Source: Chiloscyllium plagiosum (Eukaryota). From it: DNA of 48,909 nt. A program made the translations under genes and the position numbers. Location of the stretch: NCBI RefSeq assembly GCF_004010195.1, contig NC_057754.1, positions 4,824,471-4,873,379 on the forward strand, in the 5' to 3' direction. Numbering within the stretch: position 1 is the stretch's first letter; each line of letters opens with the position of its first letter. The notes beneath the pieces are model-generated. The model was not told the DNA's origin and made no database searches. It worked only from the letters and a program-made list of their open reading frames with translations. This document shows positions 1 to 10,591 of the stretch, one piece after another.

Positions 1-131
1 TTATGGGCATTTAGGCGGGCATTGGATAGGCATATGGAGGATAGTGGGCTAGTGTAGGTTAGGTGGGCTTGGATCGGCGCAACATCGAGGGCCAAAGGGC
101 CTGTACTGCGCTGTATTCTTCTATGTTCTAT
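1..131 (+). mobile_element. CR1-clade LINE 3' end (truncated by window start)
   Basis: Ends in gagggccaaagggcctgtactgcgctgtattcttctatgttctat, a CR1 3' stem-loop plus short-repeat tail. Same subfamily as the minus-strand copy at 11312-11950. Confidence 0.85.
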
Positions 132-169
132 CCTATTTTCATGAATTTGCACCTCATTAGTAGCAATTT

Positions 170-730
170 GGTACATAGATGGGACTGTTAAGAAGGCACA
201 ACAATGCCTCTTCTTCCTCAGGCGGCTTAGAAATTTTGGCATGGTTGTGACCCTCACCAACTTTTACAGATGTGCCATTAAAAGCATACTATCAGGTGCA
301 CAATGACCCAATATGGTAACTGTTCTTTCCAGGACTGTAAGAAACTGTGCATAGCTCAGACCATCACGGAAGCTAACCTACCATCCATGGACTCCATTTA
401 CACTTCTCGCTGCCAACATCAAAGACTCCTCCCATGTTGGAAATGCTTTTCTACAACCTCTTCTGTCAGGCAGAAGCTTGAACATATGCACCAACAGTTC
501 AAGAATGGCTTCTTCCCTGCTGTTAATTAGATTGATGAATGGACTCTCTAGCTCCAAATAATGTTGGTCTTGCTAATGTTGATCTTGCTTTGCATACCTC
601 CTCCGGAGTGTAACCTGTATGCCTCGCTCTGTCTTAGCACCTAATGATCTGTATATCTTTGCTTACTTTGATTTGCCTGTACTGCTCACAAACAAATCTT
701 TTCACTCTAGGCACACAAGGCTACAATAAG
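170..730 (+). mobile_element. Rex1/Babar-type LINE, RT C-terminal region and 3' UTR, decayed
   Basis: Broken frames read KKAQQCLFFLRRLRNFGM..TLTNFYRCAIKSILSG..YGNCSFQDCKKL..AQTITEANLPSMDSIYTSRC, matching the Rex1/Babar ORF C-terminus as I recall it. Confidence 0.75.
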
Positions 731-1254
731 TCATCTTCTGAACTTGGCGATCAGGATATTGACCAGGAGGGTCATTCCCAAAACAGAATGACAGAGCAGT
801 GCAATATTGAGTGCAAGAAGCCAGAGATAATCTCTTTGAAACTGCTTCCAGGATGGATGAACTGAATTGTAACCTTTAATTTTTAAGATTTTGTGGTTAT
901 ATGACAAGCAGGACCTGCCCAATGCAAAGGATATATGGATCATGATATCAATACTTGTTGCTGAATAACTCTTTAGTTATTCATCTGATTAAATGCTTCA
1001 ATCATTGGGTGATCCCATTTTTAAGTACCTGAACATTACATGTCCTGTTGACCATTCGTGTGAATGTAGCAAGTCAGTGATACAGTGCAGTAATGTCACA
1101 TGGCATTAAGGTTAGGTAGCTCTTAAGGCTGCCATCATATCAAAGTGTTGTGCATTTAAATCTCTCAGTTTAGTTTAGAAGGTATCTTGAGGAGTCTCCA
1201 TTTAACTCTTTCATCATTGTTTCAGAGTATGCATAGTTACCGTGAAATGTTTGT

Positions 1255-2500
1255 GCATCATACAAGATAGTATAGAACCTGCAAGAGACAGTACTTTGGG
1301 CAGCTTTTCTTGACATACCACTGTGCTATGAGGGAGAATGGATATTTGAACTGCCCTTTGGACATTCAGAATCACAGACATGTTAACACCACAGAGGGAG
1401 TTCATTTGCACCTGCACTGCTTGTTAAATGAGCATCATTACCTCATGTCCATCTCATACTTTTCCCCAGACTCTTGCACATTATTTTTGTTCAAATAATC
1501 AACCAATGTCCTCTTGAATATCTCAGTTGAACCTACTTCCACCAAACATTCAAGCAGTGCACTGAATGCCCTCAGTACTTGCTGAGTGAAAAGGTTTCCC
1601 TTATTTCATCTTTGCATCATTTGCTGTACTTTAAATCTGTGCCGTCTTATTCTTGTTGCTTTTACAAGCATGAACAGTTTCTTCCTTTCTATCCCATTGA
1701 TGATTTTGAAAATCTCTTTTAGATATCCTCTTCACCTTCTTTTATCTGAGGTGAACAGCCTCAACATCTTCTATCTGTCCTTATAATTGAAATTCCTTAT
1801 CCCATCTTAACATTGAGAATGATCTGCTCTGATGTAGGCTTGGACTTGTGCAGGCTCACAACATTGAATGGCAATGTGCTCCCTTGAGTAGTTCATGTAT
1901 AGAACAAACTTTTACTTGCAGCAAAGGTAAGTTTGGGATGATGTATGCAGGCCAGACGCTAGCATAATCCCTGCACACTGTTTTAACCTTAGCGTCCACA
2001 TCAAAGTACAAAAACATGGCTGCGGTCCTCAACACCACAGTTCAAGGATTTATGATGTTTGAGGCTATCTGGAGTCATGGAGTTGTTTGATTGTAAGAGG
2101 TGAGCAATGCTTGGCCATTACAACCTCTTTCATCTTTGGAATGTCTGAAGAGACCTCTCATCCCTCACATGGGTTTAATTTAACCACATCCAACAGTGAC
2201 AAGTACAAGCTCAGATATATTTACAAAAGTGCAAGATTATCTTCAATTTTATGTGTCACCTGTGCCACCTTTGATTTTATTGTCACATGTATTTTACAGT
2301 AAGAATATAATAAAAATGAGCATCATTACCTTGTGTGCGTGCAGGTGCAAATGACCTCCCTTTGTGATGTAACTCATCTGTGGTTCTGAATGTCCAAAGG
2401 GCAGTCCACATATCCATTCTCCATCATGACACAGTGGTCTGTCAAGAAATGTTGCACAAAGCACTGCCTCTTGCAGGTTCTATACTATCTTGTATAATGC
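1255..2500. repeat. Diverged inverted repeat, arms about 1255-1417 and 2339-2500
   Basis: tacaagatagtatagaacctgcaagag...tcatttgcacctgcac is the reverse complement of gtgcaggtgcaaatga...ctcttgcaggttctatactatcttgta. ORFs 1214..1417(-) and 2380..2640(+) share VLNVQRAV.ISIL.H.TVVCQE. Confidence 0.9.
1370..1805 (-). mobile_element. Old CR1-clade LINE 3' fragment
   Basis: Reverse-complement CR1 motifs (tctcagttgaacctacttccacc; ctttaaatctgtgccgtcttattctt; gatgattttgaaaatctc; gtgaacagcctcaac). Confidence 0.65.
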
Positions 2501-3289
2501 TCATCTGTCCTGAACCAGTTCATCACCATCAACAACACCTCTGTTGCCATTCTTCCACCGCTGCTTCACTGCTGTTGTTGTGGAAATATCATTCAATGTT
2601 CTATAAAAGATTACCAGGAGACACAGGAAATCCTTCATGAATTAAACTTTAACCTGGCAAAATCAAAGCTGTTGGAGCCAGCATAATATCTTCCCTGCCT
2701 CCCCACAAGCTCTTTGTTCTCCTCCAGTTTATACAATTGTTGGTCCCGCGCTTATCAGATAATATTAGCATAGCCAATCATGCTGGCTTGCTAAATCTTT
2801 CTGAACTAATCATTGTTTACCAGGCTGGTTCCCTCCATCACACTTAACCTACCACATTACAACACCATCATTTTCAGCATTAGCTCATCTACCAGTGATT
2901 TAACTAGCCTATCACAATGCACTACCATTATCTATTACTGGAGCCCTGTAACATGATCCTGAGCATACATTGCAGCACTAAGTTAACTACATAATTGCCA
3001 GAATAACTTCCATACCATCTACACGAGACCCAATCAACATTGAAGTTCCTGATCTTCAGCACCATTTTTGCCGCTGGGTCGATACTCCTCTGCCGCCACC
3101 TTGCCACCGCCTGCGCTGGACCAAACAACCGCATCTTTCGGCGTTGGGCACATCACATCAATGTTGCTGTGATCATCTTCTGCTACCGCTTGGTCATCAC
3201 TGCCCGTGGAAGTCAAGGAGGTTGCCAATTCTAGGTGCCATCTTTTGCTGCTGGGCCCTCTTTGCCGATACCGTTTCTGCTTTTGTGTC

Positions 3290-4615
3290 CTCAGTATGAT
3301 TTTTCTTCCTCTCCTTCTCTCTACAACAAACTGCAGTCCTGACTTCTGAAGCTGAGGTGGAAAGAGTCTACTTAGTAGTTGACTTGAAGAACTTGAACTG
3401 TTTGCACCTGGAGGGCTCGGCCTAATGAGAGTAATTTGCCCAGATTTAGGGTCACCCTGCTTGGCTTGGATTTCTGCAGACTTTAGCATCACAGGTAGAG
3501 AGGAAGTGGAGGGGTTGGATACCCCTGTATTCTTGTGAGAAATCTTTTCTAGTCAACCTGTATGTTTCTTCTCCTTCATATTGTACCTTCTGGTATCACA
3601 CCATCATCCTGAAACGAAGGGGGCAGCTGGAGTGAGGTAGAAGTCCCTTGTCCCCTCATCTTAACCTTTGAACCTGAGCAATTTTGACTTGAATAATGGA
3701 GTGCAGTTCATTTTTGTGTATCTGCCAGAGACCTAGTGTGCCAGACCTGGGTTTCCATGGGGATCATCAACTTCTTCTTGGAGGCAGTGAGACACACACA
3801 TGCTGGAGCTAGCATTGTACTGATAACCTTGATAAACTCCTCCATTCTTTGATTTTACTTACTGAGTGCCTCTGACAAACCTGTAGGCTATTCCTGTACC
3901 TGTCTGTGCATTTTGATGTAATCATTAATATCTGAGACTTTGAAATCATCTCCTGCCTGGGGCTGAGCAGGTGCCTGGTCTCCAGCAGTCCTCTGAGTGT
4001 TAGAGACCTAGGGCGTTTTTTGATCGCCCAGCTGTGGAGTAATGACAGTGATGTAGTGATGTGCTTACAAGATTGTGCCAGCAAACTGTAAGTAGTAGGG
4101 TAACTTACTATGGTACTCCCAGGTTCAATGATGAAAGTGTGTGGAAGAGTAGATGATCGTGGTGCAGGAGCACAGGAGATAGTGAGGTGTTTTCAAAAAA
4201 TGAATATCACGCACAGTGTATAGAAAGAGTAGTTTGGAAGGATGATTTGGTTGATGGCTGATGAATTGATGCTATGCATGTAATTGTGAGAGTTATATTT
4301 TATGATCCTTGGTTAGTCTAGAGTTAGAGTGCGGCCCCTGTGAGTGTGTGGTAACAGAGAGAAGTTCATGACACTTATCTTTATGGAGTATAGAAGATGA
4401 TGTATCTTCTTTGTACACTTACGTATAGTCTCTTTAACTTGGGATACAACACTGACCTAATCTGCTCTCTTTATCTGAGTTGGCTGTATCTGGTGACATG
4501 GCCTCTTTTGGCAATCTGCAGTAAAAGGTGCTGCCTTCCTCTCCACCATCCTTCCAACAAACACCTCCAGATCTTCATCGATAATGTGGGGGAAAAACTT
4601 GCTTTTCTGGGCCAT
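3290..4615 (-). mobile_element. Decayed PIF/Harbinger transposon Myb/SANT (MSANTD/NAIF1-like) DNA-binding gene
   Basis: 4615-4379(-) reads MAQKSKFFPHIIDEDLEVFVGRMVERKAAPF...KRPCHQIQP...*VSVVSQVKETIRKCTKKIHHLLYSIK, followed by a degenerate donor (ataagt). This resembles the F..EDLE.LV..V..R...V..VS...RT..QC.KK..DL Myb_DNA-bind_5 pattern. Low-complexity C-terminal remnants lie at about 4080-3290, with an internal stop and frameshifts. Confidence 0.6.
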
Positions 4616-5866
4616 TTCCTTAGGGTTTGTGGTATAGGGCAACAGTGTGAGGGCCAGTTCTTGGATTGGAACATATGAAGTGGTAGGCTGCTGGGCTTTA
4701 AATTTGCTGCCAGTGGCATAAACTCTGGAAGGCTCTGGCAGCATCGAAAATTTCTGTCTCTCCTGCTAGGGAATTCCTCAACAAGATTGCCCATTCCACA
4801 ATGAGTGAGGTGAAGATGGAAGACCTTGTGAGAATAGTTGCCCCCAAGCCATGGCAGACTCGTCACCATAAATCTCAGTTAGTGAAATACATTAACTGAA
4901 GATGGGAAAATCCATTTGATGTTTCAGATTGGTGCCCAGTGTTGCCTGGTCTGTATAGTTATGCCAGCACTTTCTACAGTGCAGGAATACAGAAATTTCA
5001 AATTTCTAGCACTTGCAGGACTTTGATTTTGTACACAAGTGAAAGTTGTAGAAGTTTACAATGTTTGGCATTAAAAAGACAGGAAAAGTTAAAATCCTTA
5101 GAATTTGGTTGAGTTGGAATAAATAGTAAGCAGAAACTTGACATTTATCTCAAAAGGCATTGAAGAAAAATCAAGGCACAAATTTGAAAAACAATGTTGA
5201 ATAAACAGTAAACCTCAAGTAGCTGTTATAGGCCTCCATGCATGGGGTGGCAGTATTGCATCTCTGTCATATGCCCCCAACTCCAAGGTTTATCTTCATT
5301 GTCATCGTTTATCTTCCTGTTGGGTTGTCATTTGATTCTGTCTTGTTCTGGTTGAGGTCTTGCTGTAACATGGATGACATGCCAGGTGTTATATTTGTAC
5401 ATCAGCCAACCAATAAGTAAAATGCCACGTTTTGAAGTGTAGATACTTGCATAGAATCTCAAATTGTAAAGCCTTCAACCTTTTGACTGTAGGAACATTG
5501 GGTAAGCATATGATACCGTACAGCAGTTACATTTTCTTGTGATACTCAAGAGGTGACCCATTTAGGATACGACTGCAATTGCTGCACATTCCTGTGACAG
5601 CTCTATCGTGAGCTCCCCATTGTGGAAATTTGTGAAGACTCACTGAGTGTGTGGCCACAGATGTGAAGCCAAAGCTGTGAGATCAGTTAATTCACCCATA
5701 GATCAGAAATTAAACATCGGGCTGTGTAGTCTGTGGTATAACACACAATGTGGTGTGCACACCCAGCAATATATACTGCATTTACAAAGCAGAATGTCTG
5801 ACAATGTTTCATATGAGATGAGATGTGACTGGTGTGGAGAGGGAAGAGCTAAATAGTGGTTCAAAG

Positions 5867-6064
5867 GTTTGAGTTATAAAGAAAGGCTGGATAGGCTGGG
5901 ACTTTTTTCACTGCAGCATAGATGAGAGATGACTAATGGAAGTTTATAAAATCATGAGGGGTACAGATAAGGTAAATTGCAGGTATCTTTTCCCTCGGGT
6001 GGGGATTTCAAGACTAGAGGGCATATTGTTAAGAGGAGAGAGATTTAAAAAAGATATGAGGGGC
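5867..6064 (+). mobile_element. Internal CR1 ORF2 C-terminal fragment
   Basis: LSYKERLDRLGLFSLQHR...EVYKIMRGTDKV. Flanked by the 16-bp direct repeat aaatagtggttcaaag (5851-5866, 6065-6080). Confidence 0.8.
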
Positions 6065-6103
6065 AAATAGTGGTTCAAAGAGAGTAATGTTTTTGGAGGC
6101 CTT

Positions 6104-6403
6104 TGCAGGAAGAAAGGGGTATTGAAGCAAAGTGATTATGGGAGAGTTTCAAAGAACAAGTATATTGTTCTTTGAAATTACTGCAGTGAGATTACTGCTA
6201 AAGAGGATTAAACTCAACCAGAAGACTGTGGATTTGGGCAAAATGGAGAGATTTGAAAACAAATTGTGAAAGTGGGAGTAAGTAGAACTTGCCAGGGATA
6301 ACGAGTATAGATAGCAAGGCATTTTTTAAAGTGACAACAGCAAGTCAGCATGGACAAATTGGATGGAAGGGTCTGTTTCCGTGCTGTACATTTCTATGAC
6401 TCT
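6104..6403 (+). repeat. Composite repeat copy 1 (L2-like antisense segment fused to a CR1 3' tail)
   Basis: Colinear with 38241-38521. Ends in gggtctgtttccgtgctgtacatttctatgactct (CR1 tail). Confidence 0.8.
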
Positions 6404-6845
6404 GATATGCAATTGTGTCGTAGACCATGTCCGTACACACTCTATATGTTAAGCCTGAATGGCAGTGGGTCTATGAAACACCATTATAGAATTTCTGTGG
6501 ATTGAATTATAAGAGTAATTCTTGAGTGAATGCTGATCTTGCTCAACCAAAAATAGGCGATTGTTAACACAATGTCATTGATTGGCAATAGCTGACCAAA
6601 AGAGGGAAATGTGTAGTATATCGTTTTTCAAAAAAAAATCTGTTATTGGTTGTGTAGGGCACAGTGGTGTTGTCAGAGTTATTATCTACTCCTAGTTATT
6701 GATTGTGAAGTTTGACTGTTTGTTCTGTTTCGCAGTTGACCACAGGAATGTGGCTGAATAAGGCTTTCAAACATTGAGGATTAAAAGGTGGGAGGTAGTG
6801 GTAGTGATTTAAGATTCATGTGATTTTGTGTAAAATTGAGTACAG

Positions 6846-6994
6846 ACAGCATTTTTTAAAAAACTAGTTAATGTTCTTTTGAATTTTATTTATTTAGGTG
6901 AGGAATTTCAAACTGAATATCGACAGCATTTTTTTCAAAAAACTAGTTAATGATCTTTTGAATTTTATTTGTTTAGGTGAGGAATTTCAAACTG
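6846..6994. repeat. Tandem duplication, unit of about 76 bp
   Basis: gacagcattttt..aaaactagttaatg.tcttttgaattttattt.tttaggtgaggaatttcaaactg occurs twice. Confidence 0.9.
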
Positions 6995-8275
6995 TTTCAA
7001 TATTGTTGCTCTTTTCTTTTTTACTGTTGAACCTAGCTGGTTTACAGGCAACAAACAGCAGTCGGGTTTTCAGCAATATATTGTGAAGTAAGCAGGTGCT
7101 AGGACTCAATTCAAAAAGGTGGTTTTGCCAGTTTTTTCTGGAGATGAGAGGAACTCTGCAGCAATTATATGTGCTGTCGCTGGAGGGAGAGGATGCCACC
7201 TTTTCTGGCTGGGACTGGATACTATCCTGCCTGTACAAGCCCAAGGCAGCAGCGCATTCCGTATTCTTTGCTCCCATCCACCCCATTTCTGTAAAATCTG
7301 ATTCCCAGACCACTAAGCTCCGAAATACGACTTTTAAACATCTGTGAGCTGTTTTGCTTTGGTGATATGGAGTTTACAACTCCATGTATTGCCAGTGTGA
7401 CAGGCCCAGCACCGGCAGTCTTGAATGATATTGCAGAATCTCTTCTGAAAGGGGTGTGTGTCTAATCCTGTGCAATGATAATTTGACACTGGGCTTGCAT
7501 TGGGAGCCGCCTCTTATGCTCCTTAGCTGATTTGCTGCAGCAATCAGTTCATGCCACTCAACCAGAACAACTTTAAACCTTTGCATATATAATGTCTTGA
7601 CATACACTGAAATTTTAAAATCTGAAATAGCTATTTCTCCAACCTTGGTAGCTTGCCAAAGTTTGGTGAAGGACTGTACTTAGTATTGATGTAGCCTACC
7701 AAAAGCAAGCAAAATTAATTGGCTTTTCAGCAATCCCTTTGAAGGCTGAATGTCCCTTCCAACTTCTGAAATGTACTCTGGGTCACAATCCTGTAACATC
7801 TGATGCTCTGTAAATGTATAATCTTCTGTGTTGATAATTAGAACTGAAGAGAAATACTTTCTGGTTGGTGCAGTTCCACCGGATTCTAACTTGGTTAAAG
7901 TAATGATAATTCCTGTGGCATTTTAATCACACTTTAACCTGTTAAGAGCATGCACAGGAATGTTACACAAATAAATGAATATGAACATCATGAACTCAGT
8001 GGAGTTTCAGACCCCATAGATTTTTTAAAAAATGTCTTTTATTGTTTTAGACGTTATTATGTGACTCTAGCTGAGATTTTGGACAACTACCTTGCCTCTG
8101 TCAATGTCACAATTAAAGTTACTTGTGGAACATGTGTCTCAGTTGCCTGAGTGCAGTCCATAATGATATTCCCTCTTCTTTTTGGATAAGTTTTGTTTTC
8201 TGCTCAGCCCCTCAATCTCACTGAGCTAAAACCAACTATTTATTCATGATTCTCTCTTGGGTCCCAGACAGAAGG

Positions 8276-8708
8276 AGAGTTAGAGTTATAGTCTTTGAGC
8301 TGTACAACATGGAAACAGACCCTTCGGTCCAACACGTACATGCCAACCAGATATCCTAAATAAATCTAGTCCCATATTTGGCCTATATCCCTCTAAATCC
8401 TTCCTACTCATGTACCCATCCAGATGCCTTTTAAATGTTGTCAGTGTACCAGCCTCCACTGCTTCCTCTGGCAGTTCACTTCATTTATGCACCACCCTCT
8501 GAATGAAAATGTTGCTCCTTAGGTCCCTTTTAAATCTTTCCCCTCTCACCTTAAATCTATTCCTTCTCATTTTGGACCCTCCCACCCCTCACCAGAGAAA
8601 AGACCTTTAAAAATCTTTATAAGGTCACCCCTCAACCTTTGATGCTCTAGAGAAAATAATCCCAGCTTAATCAGAATCTCCCTATAACACAAAACTCCAA
8701 CCCTGGAA
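8276..8708 (-). mobile_element. CR1/HER1 LINE 3' fragment
   Basis: Starts with the reverse tail (tagagttatag) and gtacaacatggaaacagacccttcggtccaac, then reverse-complement ORF2 C-terminus. Confidence 0.85.
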
Positions 8709-9559
8709 TTTTAAGATTTCTCATTTCTTACTTTATTCTGTGCAGCAGCACTTTGGAACATGAGCAGAATTTCTGTTAGAGTTAAAGTGTTTGCGTTGAC
8801 CTGAGTGCATTGGTTTGTTCTGCTGGTGAGTACTGGAGACAAGAACAGGATTTGACCCTTTGTAATTCTCGGCGCGTAAACCCCAACATCAGTTAAACAA
8901 CCAAATTTTGATGAATTGCAGTAATTCATTTATTCTTTGTATTTGATTAGTATCTTGCAAAGTAGTGAAACCAAGACAAAGAGATTCAATAACACCGGCA
9001 GCCTTGAATGATTTTTTGTCTTCCCTGAAGCCCACAAACAAACCTTTGCATGACCTCTGACTGAGATTGGTTAATTTAGCAAAGACTGGAGATTGAATCT
9101 TAGACTCCTGGTTCAGTGGCTCAGTGCCATTCCAGATAGTAGCTTTACAAAGGCATCGGGTGAGCTCAAGGACTGTTAAACTAGTCCAAATATTACTGGC
9201 ATTTATTCTTTGCCATGTTTAGTTACAGATGAGTGGTGATCCACATTCCGTGACATTACAGCTATTCAGAAACTGATCTATAGATATTTGGAAGGCATAT
9301 CGCTAAGAATTTACATCACTTTTTGTTAGACAACATGCATTTAACGTAAGAGGTTTGAGTACTATGTTCTGATTTTTGAAAAAATTAATGCCAAATAAGT
9401 TTTCTCTCAGGGTAAAAGATTTGTCTTATCCAAGAGATGGTAATGGGGTTGTTGTAGAGAAAAATGAGTGCTGAGTAAAGATGTTGCAAAGCCCGTTTCA
9501 CCACCCTGCTAACTGCAGGCATATGTGTTGAAGTGATCACAAAGAGGAAGTGCAGGGAG

Positions 9560-10020
9560 GAGAGTTTGGAGGCGGAGTTGTGGGGTGGGGGGAAGTCAAA
9601 AACAACAGAGACTGAGACTAAGACAGGAAAGCTGCCAAATTCAGAAGATTTGGGCGGTCTGATCTGGGTTTGATATTTGTGATGCTGTCATTTCAAAAAT
9701 ATTCAGCCTTTCACAACAAGGTGTTATCAGCTCATTTAAATTGTAGGGCAGTCTTAGAATGACTCCAAATATTTAGTACTTTATGTAAAGGCTGCATTAC
9801 AGATGCAGAAGTAACTTTCCAGCCAAAGGTTATAGTGCAATCTTACGATTACAAAGTGTACCTGAGTAACTATTTCTTCGTCCTCCTTCCCCCATGCACC
9901 TTGTAGAATGGACTGATCCAGGCTACCTTACTCCTATGATAATGAGCTCAGTGATGTAATAACCGAGTACACTAGACTGCTGGGCGGAGGGAGCAGTCTT
10001 TTGCATATTCAACGAAGGTG
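9560..10020 (+). promoter_or_regulatory. Candidate alternative promoter for the beta-spectrin short N-terminal isoform
   Basis: Repeat-free stretch upstream of the exon at 10486. It has GC boxes (ggaggcggag ~9568, gggcgg ~9652, gggcggag ~9982), a GT box (ggggtgggg ~9582), an octamer-like tttgcat (~10000) and locally more CpGs. The TSS cannot be determined from sequence. Confidence 0.4.
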
Positions 10021-10390
10021 TGCTTGGAACACAAAAGTTCTCTCGGGTACTTGTGGCAGAGGATTCTTGATTCCTTTTTACTCCCAGAGTTTGGGAATGT
10101 CCACTTCAGGTGGAACTTGAAGAAAAACAACAAAAAAAGAAGCAGCGAATACTGGATAAGTTTGGGCGACCTTTTGGTTTTGTTTGTGGCTGAGAAAGCT
10201 TTTTGAAGTCAGGCCACAAATAAAAGGGGAGAAGTGCCAGAGGGAGTCCTCTTTTCACATACAGAGTTGTAGCTGAAGTTCTCATCGTGTTGCTTTTGGA
10301 CCAAAGAGCTGCTGATGTCGATCGTATGAAAGATCCAGTGGCGAGATTTAAGGATTCTAGTTTTCGGACTCAAAGGGATTCACTTTTGTT

Positions 10391-10450
10391 TTGTCCCCAC
10401 CTCACTTTTTACATTTTATTTTGTCCCCACCTCACTTTTTACATTTTATT
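10391..10450. repeat. Perfect 30-bp tandem duplication just upstream of the beta-spectrin start codon
   Basis: ttgtccccacctcactttttacattttatt occurs twice, identical. Confidence 0.97.
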
Positions 10451-10485
10451 TCACATTTGAAACCTTCTTGATTTAGCTTGATCAG

Positions 10486-10591
10486 ATGGAGGTACAGAGG
10501 AGATCCATGACACCACCCCTGTCACCAGCGGCATTTGTCAACTCAACACAGTATTCCAGTGTCCTAGAGGGAAGATTCAAGCAGCTGCAAG
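10486..10591 (+). CDS. sptbn2: Non-erythroid beta-spectrin, alternative first coding exon (partial CDS). SPTBN2-type favoured, SPTBN1 not excluded
   Basis: ATG at 10486 with an in-frame upstream TAG at 10474. Translates MEVQRRSMTPPLSPAAFVNSTQYSSVLEGRFKQLQ+G, then a strong donor AAG|gtaaga. Homologous to the alternative N-terminus of SPTBN1 (MELQRTSSISGPLSPAY...LEGRFKQLQ|DEREAVQKKTFTKW), and phase 1 fits the split Asp codon. The paralogue call rests on my recollection of LSPAAFVN in fish sptbn2 isoforms and is less certain than the family call. I did not find the next exon in the window. Confidence 0.88.

Noticed and set aside
3034..3492. 152-aa minus-strand ORF as a host gene
   Set aside because: Non-ATG start, low complexity and no recognisable domain. 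It is partly explained as a Harbinger Myb C-terminal remnant.
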